A stretch of 64,000 nucleotides of DNA from an uncultured Francisella sp. (GTDB lineage: Bacteria > Pseudomonadota > Gammaproteobacteria > Thiomicrospirales > Thiomicrospiraceae). The stretch covers positions 34,719 through 98,718 of the forward strand of contig CAZSGH010000002.1 of the NCBI GenBank assembly GCA_964606405.1, written 5' to 3'. Position 1 is the first letter of the stretch. Every line of letters starts with the position of its first letter. Positions 63,435 through 64,000 of the stretch are shown in pieces. The notes below the pieces were generated by a model. That model ran no database searches. It was not told where the DNA came from and saw nothing but the letters and a program-made list of their open reading frames with translations. A program made the position numbers and the translations under genes.

Positions 63435-63542
63435 TTAGTGTTTGCCGTGATCTCGCTGATATTTCAACCATAAGACCAATACAGTCGCTGCGACCGCAAC
63501 AAATAAGCTGAAGCCCATAACGAAAATATCCATATCAGACAT
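63435..63542 (-). CDS. 35-aa hydrophobic peptide
   Basis: GAAGGAG RBS. Sequence MSDMDIFVMGFSLFVAVAATVLVLWLKYQRDHGKH. Confidence 0.35.
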   Translation of the reverse strand: MSDMDIFVMGFSLFVAVAATVLVLWLKYQRDHGKH

Positions 63543-63584
63543 AATAATTTACTCCTTCACAAAACCAAGCACAGAAGTGCCAAA

Positions 63585-63722
63585 TTATTTTTTAGCTTGA
63601 AGTCCACGCTCTGTCACTTTGCTCATCCAATCAAGAAGGTCTTTCACTAATAGGAGTGGAGCAAAGAAACCTCGAGGCGTTTCTTTCATTCCAATAATAA
63701 ATCCTTTCATAAAGTCACTCAT
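63585..63722 (-). CDS. Small hypothetical protein
   Basis: Start at MSDFMKGF, overlapping the upstream stop by 8 nt. Confidence 0.4.
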   Translation of the reverse strand: MSDFMKGFIIGMKETPRGFFAPLLLVKDLLDWMSKVTERGLQAKK

Positions 63723-63975
63723 GGTCAAGTTCCTCAATCGCTTTTTTGGTTGATGTAACCAACCACCAAACAAAGACTACGGCATCAACGATAAAAATGA
63801 TTTTATCGATATACCCCAGTAGTGTAATGATTAGCCAGTCAAATATGATCCCTTCTGCGTAGTGTACCAAAGAGTGAATACTAATGGTTACAACGACTAA
63901 AAAAGAAAACATCAGTGCGCCAAATATGAGATGAGAAGCAAACTCACCAGCAACTTGTTTATTAGATTTAGCCAT
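63715..63975 (-). CDS. Small 3-TM membrane protein
   Basis: 86 aa with a GGAG RBS. Confidence 0.5.
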   Translation of the reverse strand: MAKSNKQVAGEFASHLIFGALMFSFLVVVTISIHSLVHYAEGIIFDWLIITLLGYIDKIIFIVDAVVFVWWLVTSTKKAIEELDHE

Positions 63976-64000
63976 AAAAGCTCCTCTGGTTAGGTTAAAA

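Larger units (their letters stand above)
4044..64000. mobile_element. Integrative conjugative element of the PFGI-1/ICEclc/ICEHin1056 type with an F-like T4SS; left end near 3.9-4.0 kb, right end outside the window
   Basis: Integrase, TraD, HD-domain relaxase, complete mating-pore operon, cargo and typical backbone genes (SNF2 helicase, RadC, MTase, DUF3275) are contiguous. The block abuts the housekeeping gene ffh. Confidence 0.85.

Overview
This is a gammaproteobacterial chromosome segment of about 42% GC. Positions 1-3.9 kb carry a housekeeping cluster on the minus strand: rplS, trmD, rimM, rpsP and then ffh.

From about 3.9 kb to the right edge, the window is one large integrative conjugative element (ICE) of the PFGI-1/ICEclc/ICEHin1056 kind, and its right end is not in the window. 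In order it contains:
- a tyrosine integrase, a TraD coupling protein and an HD-domain relaxase;
- a 17-kb plus-strand mating-pore operon in F-like gene order: SLT, OmpA-like lipoprotein, pilin/TraL/E/K/B-like genes, DsbC-like, TraV-like, TraC ATPase, TraF-, TraH- and TraG-like genes;
- a cargo region of about 25 kb (29.2-54.7 kb);
- backbone or leading-region genes: SNF2 helicase, BrnTA, RadC, an orphan methyltransferase and DUF3275.

The cargo looks like a defence island.
1. A retron-type reverse transcriptase operon is the most interesting locus. The RT carries the NAxxH, YVDD and VTG signatures. It follows an XRE HTH gene and a promoter-proximal structured leader of about 235 nt, and is followed by a stand-alone HAD-type 5'-nucleotidase and an unknown 255-aa protein.
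2. A translationally coupled pair encodes a DUF2726 nuclease-like protein and a permuted papain-like peptidase.
3. An integrase-less array of 7 attC-like sites defines 8 single-ORF cassettes. They include a TIR protein, a nucleotidyl-cyclase-like protein, a PD-(D/E)xK-like protein, a HEPN-like protein, DUF1643 and a GGCT-like protein. A conserved non-coding element occurs three times in the array.
4. An operon encodes a SprT-like protein, a serine recombinase, a Cys-rich protein and two membrane proteins.
5. A cluster carries two GNAT and two ASCH modules plus an HTH gene.

Two non-coding observations stand out. An intergenic RNA motif recurs 8 times with clear covariation in the ICE backbone (alternative hairpin or pseudoknot plus a U-tract). 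Two perfect 35-bp inverted copies sit symmetrically upstream of the two divergent transfer operons.

All family assignments come from reading motifs by eye. No searches were run.
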